Source: Amoebidium appalachense (taxonomy: Eukaryota > Protista > Ichthyosporea). Taken from it: a stretch of 64,000 nt of DNA. Where the stretch lies: contig CAVNZM010000013.1 of assembly GCA_963693365.1 (NCBI GenBank), forward strand, positions 3,996,722 to 4,060,721, given 5' to 3'. The notes beneath the pieces were generated by a model that was not told where the DNA came from, searched no databases, and saw only the letters and a program-made list of their open reading frames with translations. The position numbers and the translations under genes were made by a program. Shown piece after piece: positions 32,040-46,066 of this stretch. Numbering within the stretch: position 1 is the stretch's first letter; each line of letters opens with the position of its first letter.

Positions 32040-33000
32040 CCCAGGGAACACTTAAAGATCATCTAAATCGATCCCATTAAACCCTTAAAGAGGTCCTAAA
32101 GTAATCCTAACACAATACCTAATTGCAACTCTGAACATCTTTAAGCTACCCCAAATAGGGCGTGAAGATCGCAGAAAGGTATCACCAATACTTGCCTAAG
32201 ATTGCGTTAGCATATCACATGCACAGACATGGCCTGTCTTGAAGATATAATTTGGGTGGCCAATAGCGCTACAAAAGAACTCTCCAAAGATCTCCTTAGA
32301 TGATCCACTGCCTAGCTGTGATATATCCGGACGGCATCCTAACGCAATCAGTTCGTTTCGCAAATGTTGCATGGCCATACGGGATTAAGAGAGGATAAAG
32401 ATTGTACTAAGATCTCCGCAGTACATCTTTAACATATCTCTACGCCCATCCCACGAGCGCCTTGTGTCAACTTACTTGCGTGTATAACGCATCATACACA
32501 CATCTTTATAATATGTATCGGTATCTCTCATAGACATCCTGTAGAATGAGTGCAGACGTCTTTAGGACATCTGTTAACTACCCCATGTTCCGGGATGATA
32601 AAAATATGTCCTCAATCCGTCCAAGATATCTTTAAGACGTAAAAGACATGAAAACCGGAAAGACGTCTTTCATATATCCCGTATGCATCCGCAACCCATC
32701 AGACAATTTAATGGGGGGTTAAGGACATCCGGACTTGTGCTGATGGGTATAAGTGCACTTCCAGGTGTCTGTATGACATCTTGTCAGACGACTTTACTAC
32801 GTCTTGCAGATGTCCACTGTCTTGAATCCGTGCCAGACGTATGTAATATATATGGGATGTGTTTCAGACGCCTTGCCATCCTGAAATTCCGGGTTATCCT
32901 AAACCCGTCCTAAGCTATCTTTTAGATATATTAACGACGATAGGACGTCCTAAAGTCGTACAAGACAGGTTTCGGATGGGGGGTGATCTTTGCTGATGGG
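32040..33000. mobile_element. Decayed DNA-transposon-like remnants with GA(C/T)(A/G)TC subterminal-type repeats
   Basis: Many GACATC/GACGTC/GATATC motifs; CCCATCAG at about 32695 versus CTGATGGG at about 32740 and 32993. Reminiscent of CMC/EnSpm-type non-autonomous elements. Confidence 0.3.
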
Positions 33001-33374
33001 GTGGTGCCACTTGACTTCGTTTTCGTGGGGAACCACGACGTGAAGTATGTCATTGAGTGGGCAGTGTTTTTTTTTTTTGCGAAGTTCATCCTCTAGGGAT
33101 ACACGGTAGGGGGTTGCATCGTCCTTGACTCTGCCATTTTTCTCAAATGACCCAGCTGGTACAAAGTGGCTAATGCACACCGTACGCGATATCATAGGCA
33201 TAGGCACTGATTCTAACTGCTTGTCCATACAGGCCTTGGCTTGCTTGCTTCCAGGGATGTTTCTGCCGAGAGCTGTCAACCATTTCAAGCTGCGTTCTTT
33301 GTCTTTTGGCACGTCCACAAGCTGATTGCTTGGGGACCTTTTTTGAACACTCCCTTATGACAAGTATCAGGCAT
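33001..33374 (-). pseudogene. Frameshifted THAP zinc-finger domain, probably a transposon gene remnant
   Basis: MPDTC / IRECS / VPKDKERSLKW ... VCISHF reproduces the THAP C-C-P-W-C-HF signature across frameshifts. Confidence 0.6.
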
Positions 33375-33895
33375 TTTGCTTTTGAAGTGGCAGGCTATCC
33401 TGGTTTACTTATGATATAAAATGGCTATCCAGTATTGTGAATGGTACTGTGAATTAAGGACCCACACGGCACCGTGTTACTGTGTAACAAAAATCGCTGA
33501 GTAGAGTGCCCTGTGCGTGCGTACATGTGCATATACCGTCATGTGACGCAGTGTTGCCGTAGCCTGAGAAGTATCACAATATCATAAGTGCACAGCCATG
33601 TACAGATTCTGAAAGTGGTCACCGTATGAGTGTGTAAAAATACAGCTCGGCGAGTCGTCGGAGTGCAACAAATGTTTGTGTTTTGAAGAGCGGTTTGGAT
33701 TCAGATGAACTAAAGCCCATATCTACATTTACTAGTTACAATTGCAAAGGCTCACCAGATGATGCTATTTTTAGCACCCCATCGATCATTGTTTTTGCTC
33801 CCAATCGCGGGTCATGTTGTGTACGGTGGATGGCACATATGTTTTCCTTCAAACTGGATTAAACTAGTTCAACCGGTGTCTGTCCCACCAGTTTA

Positions 33896-33970
33896 GTTCT
33901 GTCTAAGAACCCACAACTCTCTAAATCTCCATAAGCCATTTATGCATTCACTCTACTCTTAGACAGAACT
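33896..33970. repeat. Short foldback with 14-bp inverted ends
   Basis: AGTTCTGTCTAAGA ... TCTTAGACAGAACT. Confidence 0.6.
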
Positions 33971-33973
33971 TTA

Positions 33974-34021
<48 letters not shown>

Positions 34022-34452
34022 GGAGGAGGGGGGGGATAATGTACATGTTATCATCTGTTTCAAAGGAAGGTGAGCATTGGCCAAAGTACCTATGCACAAT
34101 TCAGAACAGATCCATCCCAGAATTGCGCAAACCCATGATATTGCAAAGATTCAGAACCAAGTTAGTGGTGTTGGCGCCTCACAAGGTGGAAATCTAGGAT
34201 CCTGAATGTCAAACGCCAAGGGCTTCCAACATACAAGTCTGCCGGCTTAGAGCTTTGACTTTATTTTATGATGGGTGTAGTATGTGTGGCTAGAGGTAGC
34301 GTAGTACATTTGCTTTCATTTTTGCTTGATCACTGTTACCAACAGTATTCAACATCAACCGTCCAGCTAACTTGCCAGTCTGTTTAAGTGTCATATGATG
34401 TCCCCGGTGTGCGCGGGTGTGAAGGCATGTTGTATGTGCACTTCATGCCTGG

Positions 34453-34560
<108 letters not shown>

Positions 34561-34638
34561 GTGTGGTTTGTGTTGAAGTTTTTTAATAGTTATTCCTTTC
34601 ATTTATTTTGTTTTTTTGTTGTATGGTGGTGGTGGTCA

Positions 34639-34690
<52 letters not shown>

Positions 34691-34702
34691 GTGCGTGCGT
34701 GC

Positions 34703-34733
<31 letters not shown>

Positions 34734-34740
34734 GATGGGG

Positions 34741-34778
<38 letters not shown>

Positions 34779-35190
34779 TTGGAGGGTTGGAATACGAAGC
34801 ATTTGACACCAAAAAGCAAGACAAAACGTCACAAAATAAATAAAAAAACAATACCAAACCCTAAAAATAAAATGTGCAGGCAGAATATAAGTGAACAGAG
34901 CCCATCGTCAGGGGGGGGGGGGGGGGGGGGGGGGGTTGCATCCACAAAAGCGTGGGTTTCGACTATTGGGTGACTGCACATACGCTGCAGAAGAACTGCC
35001 ATACCGATACATTTATGTGTTGCAACTGTCACTCCATCACTACAATATCAACAAGGATCTGTCTGACCACTCCCTGTGGCCACCGTCATTCATTCAGGTG
35101 TTGGGCCTTACATCGCTGGCTGCTCCGCCCACAAGTAGAACACAATGTTCTCAGGATACAATTCGCTTCAGTTGGCATCACATGAGGCGA

Positions 35191-36672
35191 CTACCGAGGT
35201 GCTGTAGGGGAGGGAACGTCAAAATAGTGCCCATCTTTAAAAACCAAACTAACCCTTCATTACCAACGTGATGCTCAATTCGTGTGTATGTGACGCACAC
35301 ACATTGTGTGCACTGATGAGGGAAAAGATCATAAAACCTATCAAAATCTACACTGGCATAAAGGCAGGCAGCCTATGACCACCCAAAAAACCACAACTCC
35401 AAACGCAGTAATGATTTGTAAAACGGGCAAAAGAGGGTCTCGTGGCTGTGTGTACCTGTCTGTATGAGTGTGTGTGTGCGTGTTGGGAGTGATGGGGATG
35501 CATGCACTGTAGGGAGTGTGCTACGGACGAGGAGACATCAAAAGATCACAAAGATACAAAAACTGGCACACATCACAAAATTACAAAAATCTTAAATTAA
35601 ACTTTAAAGACGAACAGAGTTCCAAGCAGCAGCAAAATCAAAGCCACAAAACTCAAAATACCTGAAAGCAGACAATCATAAGAAAAACACAGCAAAGAAG
35701 TCAGCATAATTCCGGCTTCTAAAGAGCTCCCCAACCTCTGTAGCTATAAAAGCCCGCGGAGGGTGGTGGGGGGTATGCTTATAACGGTTGGAAGAATGGA
35801 GGAGCCACCACTGAAGGAAAACACATAAAACGTCACCAAACGAAAAATTGATATCAAACGATAAAACGGAAGCAAATGAAGAGCAGAAGACACTTGAACA
35901 GAGCTCGGGGGAGGGGGAGGGGGAGGGGAGGAAGACGGGTTGTATTCATTGAATGCTTGGAAAAAAGGAGGAAGAGACATAAAAAGACATGACATCCAAG
36001 CATTATTCATTAAGAAAAGTTGGAGGGGGGAGGAGAAAGGGGGGGGGGGGTACAGAAACACAGTTGAGTGCATGGATTGGTTTGATACGTGGTAGCAAAG
36101 GAAAATACAGGGGTTGGGATTGCTCCGGGTGTGGGGCTAAATATCAAGGTAGCTCCAGGGCTAAGTGAGACATAAAGAGTTCATTTTTTTCCTGCCTGTG
36201 TTTGTGTGTGATAAGGGAGGGGGAGCCGGATGCATAAACATATCGTAGATACAGGGGGAAGAAAATTGCATGCCAAAAAGTACACAAATGTTTACCACCA
36301 CAGGTCGGATATCATACACCACACTGGCACACATACCCCCAAAGTCGTCCGGCATGCGCTCAATGGTAAAGCGCCGAGATGCAATGTACATGATCGGAAC
36401 ACCGGGTATCTTTCGGATGCGCCTCTTGAGATCCTTGTCGCACGTGGCTACAATATAGCACTTATGCTGTGTGTGTGTGTGGTTGTGTGTGTGTGTATGT
36501 CCGTGAAGACGAAATAAAAAGTAGGGAGGAAGAGAGAGGCACATGTGATGCGTGTGTGTAGAGGGTAAGTGTGTGTGCAAGCGCTCACATGTGTAAAGTG
36601 TGTGTGTGTGTGTGTGTGTGTGTGTTGCGTGTGTGTAGAGGGTAAGTGTGTGTGCAAGCGCTCACATGTGTA

Positions 36673-36724
<52 letters not shown>

Positions 36725-36927
36725 CGGTGTGTGCACGCGTGCAGAGGGTAAGTGTGTGCGAAAGCTTATATGTGTAAAGTGTGTGTGGGTGCGTGCGTGC
36801 GTGTGTGCGTGTGTGTTTGTGTGTGTTTGTGTGCCGGTGTGTGTGCGCATGCGCTTAACGTGCTTGCGTGTATGCATGTTTTGTATCTTTTTTTTTTCCC
36901 CCTTATTTGTGTGTGGGGGGGGTTCCG

Positions 36928-36969
<42 letters not shown>

Positions 36970-37792
36970 TGAGGGGGTAGGGCGGGGAAGGGGAGGAGAG
37001 GGGAGCAGTTAGCAGTCTGTGTTGTTTGTGGAAGGTAAATTTGGGATTGGTGTACATGTGGGTGTGAATGGTGCATGCAGAGCGGGTGGGGGTATTAGGG
37101 AGGGGGGGGGGGGGGAGGGGGGGAGGGGGGGAGGGGGGAGGGGGGCATGTATGCATTTGAGGGTTGGAAACATGGGGGAGACACCAAAGGACAAAATATA
37201 AAACGTCACAACAATGAAAAGGGGAGGGGGGGGGGCTCTACAGCCTCAGGAACAAACACGTAAACGCAAGGAATCCAATGCACGACCACGGCAGTATTTG
37301 ATACGAGTAGGGTTGTTCAAGATGCAGGCAGGCAATGACAAAGAAAACCCAATCAGAGATATGGGGGGGCGGGAGGGGCAGCCCCCCCCCCCCCCCCCCC
37401 CCCCCCCCCCGCCAATTGCAGAACAGGGGTTGTCAAGGGGAAGCAGGCGGGAGAATGAGTAGCCAGATGATAAGACCCCATGGGAAAAGAAAAGTGGGGG
37501 GAGGGGAGGCGAAAAAACACACTATACGGACATTCCCTATTGCAAAACCACAATTCCTCAAGACGGCATCTTCACAAGAGCTATCGATTGTGAAGAAGTT
37601 TCAGCATATGCGTGTTACGTACATTTGAATCCTCTTATATCACAGACACACAGGCAAAAGGTCGTGCAAGATAAAATTCACATAGGCTGACACCACACCA
37701 GCCACCCACCCAGCACCCACAAACTCAGCCAGTAATATAGTAATGCCAACACATAGCAACACCCTTCCCTACCAATCTATGCACACACACTC

Positions 37793-37827
<35 letters not shown>

Positions 37828-40153
37828 CCGCACCCGCACCCGCACACACACGCACACACACACACACACACACACCTGCGAGACTCTGTCCACCAGACAG
37901 TCATCGGCATATGTTCCCTTGTGGCTGCAGGCCAGACGCTCAAACCGTGGGTCCTTCGCTACCCTGCACATAAAATATTAAGACCGATATGTTATTATAT
38001 ATATCTTTTAAGGACCAGTAAAATCAAGTTGTTCCTGTACATATTGCACGACAAATACAAGACTGATATAATGAGATGTTACTATGTACCGCGCAGGGCA
38101 AAGATAAGAGCGAGATGTCTCTATAAATCTTGCAGGGCAAATACTTGAATGAAGATGTCGCCATACACCTTGCTGGGCAAATACAATAAGAAAGTGCTAA
38201 TTCTCATCTTAATATTTGTTATATTTTATAACAAAGAACTGCACTTCAAACCTATGAGACCGCCCCGTCCCCGTTGCCGTCCCCATTCCCTCCCCCCCCC
38301 CCCCCCCCCAAAAAAAAAAAAAAAGCACGCATACGCATCCCCAACAGTATGAAAACCACCATACATCCCTCCTTGCCAACTGTAGTCAAACTCGAAAACA
38401 CCAAGCAATACACTAACCTGAACATACTCTTCTGTCTTTGGATATTTTCAATAGTGTGTCTTCCCTGTGTCTCCCCACGACTCTGCATATTACCCTCCCT
38501 CGCTCCCCCCCCCCCCCCCCCCCCCTCTCCCTCCCCCCGGCCGCACCATTCCCCCCCATTCCACGCAAGCACGCGCACATCCACAGAACTAAAGCCTAGC
38601 ACTCACACAGCTTTCTTATCTCCGAATCAACGAATCAACGAATCAACGAATCAAAAATTGCTCATAGTCTGTTCACTAAAGCCATCCCACCTCTGACAGC
38701 TTTGCGTAGAAGCATGTGTGTTTGTGACTTTTTCTCACCCGCTTTTGTGGGTCGGGGGGCCAGGGGGGGGGGGGGGGGGTTCTTACTTCAGGGCTACTCT
38801 GTACTTGGCTCCAAGCTTCTCCAACTCTGCCATTACACAGTCCGTAATGTAAATAATACCTGTACAAAAGAAAGTGTAAATTTGTGTGCGAAGGTGAAAA
38901 GAGGCATATGGGGAATGTACCTCATTGTAGATGTGTGAGTGAAGTAACCCCAAATAATTGGTTTACTCAGCACTGCTTCAGTAGTGGAAAGGTTCTATAC
39001 ATGCCTTGAAAATAATTAGGAATATATCCAAACACTGTATATCTCGCTCCAAATGTATTTACGATTTGCGTGTAATACAATGATTTCTATTTACCGACGT
39101 GCGTGGATGTGTATATGAAGTGTGCAAGTTAGTAATTATGTGCACGAGCGTGATCACACATTTGAACGTGTGTATGCTGTTTGTGCGTCACATTTGTGCG
39201 TCACAGTTGGGTGATACGTGTGCCCTTTTAAATGTTTAAGTGTGGGTTATATTTTAGATGCGCATTTGAGTGTGTATACAGCTATGCATGGCCTAGCACG
39301 CGTGCCCATAATTGTCCGGGCTTCCGTGTGTGCGCACTGCGTAATGGGGGGAGGCGGAGACTATGATTGAGTGTAAATGTGAAAGTGAACCAGAGTAAGG
39401 AAACCAAAAATTCTGGAGGTATGAGCAAAAGAGCATGTGTGAGAGCGTGTGGGTGTGTGGGTAGGTGCTGGTGTGTGTGTGCTGGTGTGCACGTGACACG
39501 TGGGTACTTGTATCTATGTGTGCGCGCTCTCGCGCGTGCGAATGCGCATGCGCATGGATTTGTATGTGTGCTCGTGTGTGTGCCGGTGTGTGTAAGTAGG
39601 TGTTGATAGGTTGATGTATAGATCCATGTGTATTACGTGTTTTGTGTGACAGCGCACACATGTGTGTGTGCCTGTGCGTACGTCACATGTGTCTGCATGT
39701 ACAAGCAGGTGCATGCCTGTATCAAGGGCACATATGCGCTGTGTGCTGTATTCCCACTAAGTTGTTGTTTGCAACTAGTTATGCCCTTGCTTGCACACAT
39801 TCACAATGGTCTCCAGCCTATCCGAGGTTATCATGCTTTCTCACGCCACCACATTGACAGATAACACACATCGTGGAGCAATACTTGGCCACAGGGCCAA
39901 AAACACAACACCACCGTAGTTTGACAGAGGAGGCACCCACATTTTGCAAACAGGCAATCCATAGCTGCCGGGATAATCTCCAACTTGTTCTGAATGCTGA
40001 AGTTGATGAAGTTGGTGTCCAGAAGGATGCGGAAGGGAGGGCCCAGTGCTGTGTTGTAGCGGAAGAAGAGTGCTGTGGACACCTGCGCCCTGTAAACACG
40101 TGTGAGAATGCATGGGTGCGGGCAATAATGAGAAACAGAGAACAAAAAGGGGT

Positions 40154-40190
<37 letters not shown>

Positions 40191-40536
40191 GGAATGTGAG
40201 GTGCAGGGCAAACAGATAGGTGTCTGTTTATATATCCAAACAGAGATAGGTGTCAAGAGAGAAAGAGATAAGTGTCATGCCACAAACTAGCTGTCGTCTC
40301 ACCCCCGTTTGACTAAACAACCGGTCGGGCTTCAACACAGCACCCCACCCCTAAATCATGCAGAGAAGAGCAAAGGCGGTGTGGAAGGAAGGACAGAGAG
40401 GGAGGCGGAAAGATGGCCGTGCGGGGGGAGAGGGGGGGGGGGCAACAGAGGAAAAATGAGCACAAGGAGCGAGGGGACCAGAGGAGGTGGGAGGAGTGAC
40501 CGAGGGAGGAATGGAAGGGGGAGGGGAATGGGGGGT

Positions 40537-40569
<33 letters not shown>

Positions 40570-40813
40570 GGACCAAAGGGAGACGGAGGGAAGATGGGAG
40601 AGAAAGGTGGGGGGGCGGATTGTGGGGGCCGGGGGGGGGGGGGGGGGGGGTGATGTATGCGTTAGAGGGTTGGAAATATGGAGGAGACAACAAAGAGCAA
40701 TAACAAAGCGTCACAAAGGTGGGAAGTCAAAAATCAAAAACAATTTAAGCGTGCAGGCAGAAGACACTTGAAGAAAGCCCATCATCAGGGGGGTTCCTAT
40801 GCCTCCACAAAAG

Positions 40814-40867
<54 letters not shown>

Positions 40868-41170
40868 AAGGTGGGTGTGGTATATCAAACATTTTGGCCG
40901 TAAAAGAAGCTGTGACAACAAGAGTTCCATGTGGGAGGTGACACTCTGTATGGGAATTTGGTGTTGCCCATCGTGGCACCAGAGAGGATGGATATACGAA
41001 GTTAAGAATGGGGGGTGATGTGGAACACACATACTTGGGAAAATAAAAAAAGAACCTGCTGACTTGGGTAGGCGGGTGGCAGCGGATGGGCAAGGGGATA
41101 GGGTTTGGGAGAGGGGGGGGGGGGGGGGGGGGGGGGAGATGGGAATCAGGCGGGGGGAGGGAAGGGGGGG

Positions 41171-41208
<38 letters not shown>

Positions 41209-43311
41209 TTTTGGCATTGTTACAAAGCCTTTGAGATTTGGGTAATGCACTGGATGGTACTGACCAGAAGTAATACACGGTGGTAACACCATGCACTGTA
41301 TGGAAGATCATCCCAAAACAAACATCTGGTAGGTTTTTTTTTCTTTTTTTTTTTTTTTCGAGGGGGGGGGGGGGGGGGATAGCGTACGCATGAGTGACTT
41401 GTTTCTTCTCGGCCTCCTTTGCCGTCTTCTCCGCCTTTTCCTGATTGGCCTTCCTGCGGCCCCCCACCGTTAGCCCCTATCCCCTCCCCCCCAGCCACAA
41501 CCACACACACGTCCCCCCCCCCCCGTCCCTCCCCCTCTCCCCTCACACCCCCTCCTCCGTCAAGGCCTTCCCTCCAGCAACAACCAGACACACATCGAAC
41601 CCCTTCCACAAACACCTCCCTCCGCCCCCTCCTCGCCCCCCCCCTCCCTTCTTTCCCCTCCCTCCCTCTCCTCTCCCCTCCCCCCTCCACACACACACAC
41701 ACTCACCATTCCCCTTCAACAAATTCAACACCACTACCACCACTTCAAACCATATCCCATTTCCCAGAAACCCCCATTCCCTACCGGCACACACACCAAT
41801 AAAGCCCATGCCACATTCACTGGTCGTTCGCAACTCTTCCATCGTCTTGTCACCCATCAACCCCATCCCCCCCTCCCCTCCCAACCCCAGCCCTCATTCC
41901 CCCCCTCCAACCTCTCCTTTCACCCATACTTATTTCCCCCACGTGAGGAAACCACATTCTCGCAAGGGGTTTTCCAAAATTCGCCAGTGCACGTGCCGCA
42001 TAGCCAATGCGAAATTACAGCCGTATTTTCTACACAGCAGAGTTCTAAAACAAACGAGTCTGTCAGAAAAGAGAGGAGAGAGAGAGAGTGTGTGTGTGTG
42101 TGTGGGTGGGTGGGTGGATGGATGGGTGTGGTTGGTTGGTTGGGGGGGGGTGCGGGGGGGGAGGGGCAAGAAGTATGCATCAAAATGCAACCCATCATCA
42201 GAAAGGGCCGAAAGGGAGGGGGTGGCCGGGGGGGAGTGGCCGGGGGAGAGAGGGGGGGGGTAATGTATGCGTTAGAGGGTTGGAAATATGGAGGAGACAA
42301 CAACGAGCATTAACAAAACGTCACAAAATTGGGAAATCCAAAATCAAACAATTTAAACGTGCAGGCAGGAGACAGAGGGGAGGGGGGGGGGGGGGGGGGG
42401 GTTTGAATGCGGAACACAGTACGAAGTACGCATACACGATGAGAAGCATGGTGCAGGACACATGCAAAGGCAAACATTCAACTATGCAGCATCAGCCATG
42501 CGCACGGGGGGGGGGACAGAGGACCACAGGATGATGAGGAACCATGTAAGCTGGACACACAACAGGAATGCACGGTAGCTAGAGAGCAAGAACGAGTGTG
42601 AGAGGGCCACACAGCAAAGAAAAGAAAAAGACTTGCCGAGAATGAAACGGGAGTAGGCAGCGGTGGTGGTGGTGGTGGTTGGAGTGAGGGTAGGGGAGGA
42701 GGGGAGGCCGGGGGCAAGGGGGGGGGCGGGGGGAGGGGGGGGGGGGGGGGGGGGGGGGGAGGGGGGAGGCGGGGAGGGAGGGGGGGGGACAAAGAAAAGG
42801 AAGGTGGAATCGAAACAGGAGTTGGCAGACTGGAGGTGTGGGGAACTCAGAGGGAGGAGGTGGAGAAGGGGAAGGACGGGGGGGTTCTCGTGGTGATTTG
42901 TTGCAACTTTTTGGGCAGCAGAGGGGGGGGGGAGGGGGGGGGGGGGAGGGGGGGGGGGGGGGGGGGATTCATACAAGCGAGGATCCTTTTTGCTGAGCAT
43001 GCGCTTGACTGAGGCAGCCCTCTGCTTCTTTGCCTTGCCCTGCAGGAAAGTGTGGCTTAGACACCGCTACCCCAAAAGTAATAGCAGGAGAGTAACATTA
43101 CAAACCAAACGAAGTCCACTTTTAAATCAAGACAACAAAATGCAAGGTATGCAGACAATATACCGCAAAGCACTTCACACAGTTATGACGGGTGGTGTGA
43201 TGTTGTGCATGTTGTTGCATGCCACGTGCGTGTATGCTTGGACAGTGGAGCAGGGGGCCAAGCGTAAGGGATGGGGGGGTCGAGGGGCGAGGGTGTGTGT
43301 GTGGGGGGAGG

Positions 43312-43344
<33 letters not shown>

Positions 43345-43723
43345 AGAAAGTTTACACGCACTTATTAGTGCTTGTGTAGTGGATCACTGGCTTATGCCAT
43401 ATGCGAACAAAGAAAGCGAGCGTAGACAGTGACCTTGTTTTTGTGGCAGTGTAACAAACATGCACGCTATGACAGCTGCATAAACGAGCGTGTACGTGAG
43501 AGGGTCCACCACCCCGTTACGCCCTCTTGGTCGCAAATTGTAAGCAACGCCGTGGGGCAACCGGCCAAACACGTAACGCGCACGAACAATGTCTCATGTT
43601 CCAACACTAGCCACACGTGTTGACCCACAAAAACCAGGACAAGGCGCATTATTTCTAGTACCCGCAGAAAGAACAGAAAAAAAACACAAATGCAGGGGGG
43701 TGAAAAGGCAAGGCACACACCAT
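35191..43723 (-). CDS. FCF1: rRNA-processing PIN-domain protein FCF1/UTP24. Exons: 43723-43721 (ATG), 43039-42975, 41453-41388, 40089-39941, 38859-38787, 37963-37876, 36466-36337, 35201-35191
   Basis: In-phase GT-AG splicing gives MGKAKK..., [89 protein letters not shown] and [11 protein letters not shown]. Confidence 0.95.
40651..40817 (+). repeat. Interspersed repeat, subfamily B. Other copies at ~34778-34965, 37148-37215, 42261-42372, 47778-47957 (minus), 49888-50037, 51970-52225, 55076-55260, 57410-57550, 62663-62695
   Basis: ATGTATGCGTTAGAGGGTTGGAAATATGGAGGAGACAACAAAGAGC...AGAGCCCATCATCAGGGGGGTTCCTATGCCTCCACAAAAGC recurs with variation. Confidence 0.9.
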
Positions 43724-44560
43724 TATGACGTTTGTTTTTGCACTTTGATTTTGAGTTTTCACTTTCTCCTCCTAACAAGGCCAACCTTCCAAAACTGCTT
43801 AGCGCGTTCGCAGCTGGTACTTGGAAGAGGGACACGTGCACATTCGGAATTAGAACTAAAATTTATGAATATTGGAAACAAATGGGATTTAGAAAGTCTC
43901 ATAGACGCTTTCTGGGGTCTAAAACTAGATTTACGGCTTAATTTGGTAATGTAGTGCTTAATTGATTTGCTTTTCGGCTTTTCCTTTAATTTTCTTTCGT
44001 TCAGTCCATTTCCACCCAATTTTCCAAATCTTATAAGCCCCTCCTATCAAAATGACTATAAATAGGGGTTTTAACTGAGAAATACGGACAGTTGACTGCA
44101 CTGGTATTGAGTGCGAGAGGAAGGATTACGTGATCATCGTCGGGTCCAGCTTATGTATGACTCCTTTCAACCGTTGAGGAAAACCACGAACTCAAAAACT
44201 ACTTCATCGTGTTACTAGGCTATACTTATGTATCTCTATAACGACATGCACGCACAGGCACGTCACATGGCACGCACACAAAAACACAAATGGGAACATG
44301 AACTTGGGTAAACAACTGCACAGGTTTGCATGCACACACAAACACCCATCTAGATGGAGAGTTTGTAAGAGCGAGTGCGAGGGAGGGTATGAAAAAGAGA
44401 GAGGGAAGAGAGAGAGGAAGTGAGGGGGGTAGGGGGTTGGGGGGGGGGGGGAGGAGGGGAGAGAGAGAGAGGGAGGGAGAGAGAAAGAAGAGAGAGTGAG
44501 AGAGAGAGAAAGAGAGAGAGAGAAAGGGAGGGCGAGAGAGCCTCGGAGAGGAGGGGGGGG

Positions 44561-44597
<37 letters not shown>

Positions 44598-45153
44598 CAG
44601 TGGAAAAGAGAGAGCGAGGAGAGAAAATTAGTGATAGAATCAGAGAGGAAAACGAGAGAGAAAGAGAGAAAGAGGGAGGGGCCTCTTAAGAGAAAAAGAG
44701 AGAGACCGGGGAAAGAGAAGGCGGCTGGGCACAGGAGAGCATTGGTAGTGATGCCATAAGGTGATGGTGGTGGTGAGCGTGGAGGTGGTGGTGGTGGTAT
44801 GGGGGGGGGGGGGTAGGCAGCTGCTGCCTTGCTTGCTTGCCGTTCGATTAGCGGGCTATGTGGCAGTTGTGGTTGGCCCCCCGTTGGGTCTCCAATATAT
44901 TACTAGTACACAAAAAGAGTCACCCTTTTAATTTGCCTGCAAAAGCGCCACTGATAGGCTACCTGCCTGCCTGCCTGGGGGGTACACATTTTGAGCTTGA
45001 CGTATTCTTCTTGGTCCAACATACCATAGTGAATTGTATGTTGCCATTCAGCAAATGAGTACAGTACAAAAAGTCATTCAACCTGAAACACACTGCACAG
45101 TTTGGGACCCCCGAAGGAGTGGCCGAGGATGGTGGAGAGATGAGGGTGTGTGC

Positions 45154-45214
<61 letters not shown>

Positions 45215-46026
45215 AGGGGTTATCGGGTATGAGGGGATAGTGGATACATTGTGTGGGTGGGGAGCGATGGTGTGGGGGGGAGGGGGAGGGGGTACCGTGG
45301 CAGGGGGGGGGGGGGGGGTTCTTCAACTTCGCATTTGAACGGTATTCAGTCTCCTTGCGTTTGTAATTGTGGTTCCATGTACCGAGCGCAGTACCATCTG
45401 TTCCAGCGGTTTGGAATAATCATAGTAAACATTTGTGGGTTTAAGTTATGTTAACTTGCTTACTGGTGCCCGGTCACCCGTGATGAATGGGTGGCAATTA
45501 CAACAGGTTTTTTTTTATGTCTTGCTATAATTAAGGGGTTTACACACTATTTATTGCTGTGGACACTGTTAACTAACGTCTATTTTAGTATCACCGCCTT
45601 TAACGGTAATGGTCGGTATCAGCACATGAGGGTACTAAAATGGGTGGCAGCTTTAGACTTAGATAGGAGAAGACGTGTATGTGTTTTTATATTTTCAAAG
45701 TTTTGATCCCGGCTTTCAAAGTATTTTCCTTTTGGGGTGGGGGGGTGGGGCAGGATGGATGGCATATGAAATGTCCATAAGAAATGAGCAAGCTCAAGGC
45801 AATATAATCCACTCGGTGTCGATCGGATAGACACTCAAGGGGTAGGCGTAGGCACTCAGGCCGGGAGGTGGGGGGGGGGGGGAGGGGAGGAGGGTTGGAG
45901 TTTCTGAACTTAAAGGGGATGACCGCAGAGGTCCTTGTGTAAAAGTGTCGGTTGGAAGGGCGGGAGGGGGGTTGGGTTGGGAGAAAGAGAGACCGGAGTG
46001 ATATGCGAGAGAGAGGAAGACAGACA

Positions 46027-46066
<40 letters not shown>

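Larger units (their letters stand above)
18745..32040. mobile_element. Endogenous large-DNA-virus-like segment (partial, partly decayed)
   Basis: Abrupt loss of the host (GT)n/poly-G intron texture, densely packed intron-less ORFs, abundant CpG, a penton-like protein, a lectin adhesin, CCAAT/TATA promoters, repeat arrays and a large palindrome. Boundaries are approximate; no TSD or TIR was found. Confidence 0.75.

Noticed and set aside
18745-32040. Complete Polinton/Maverick or virophage
   Set aside because: No protein-primed PolB, integrase, packaging ATPase, protease, major capsid protein, TIRs or TSD could be recognised.
43840-44080. hAT transposase C-terminal remnant (DLESLIDAFWGLK)
   Set aside because: The resemblance is too short and I found no other transposase motifs.
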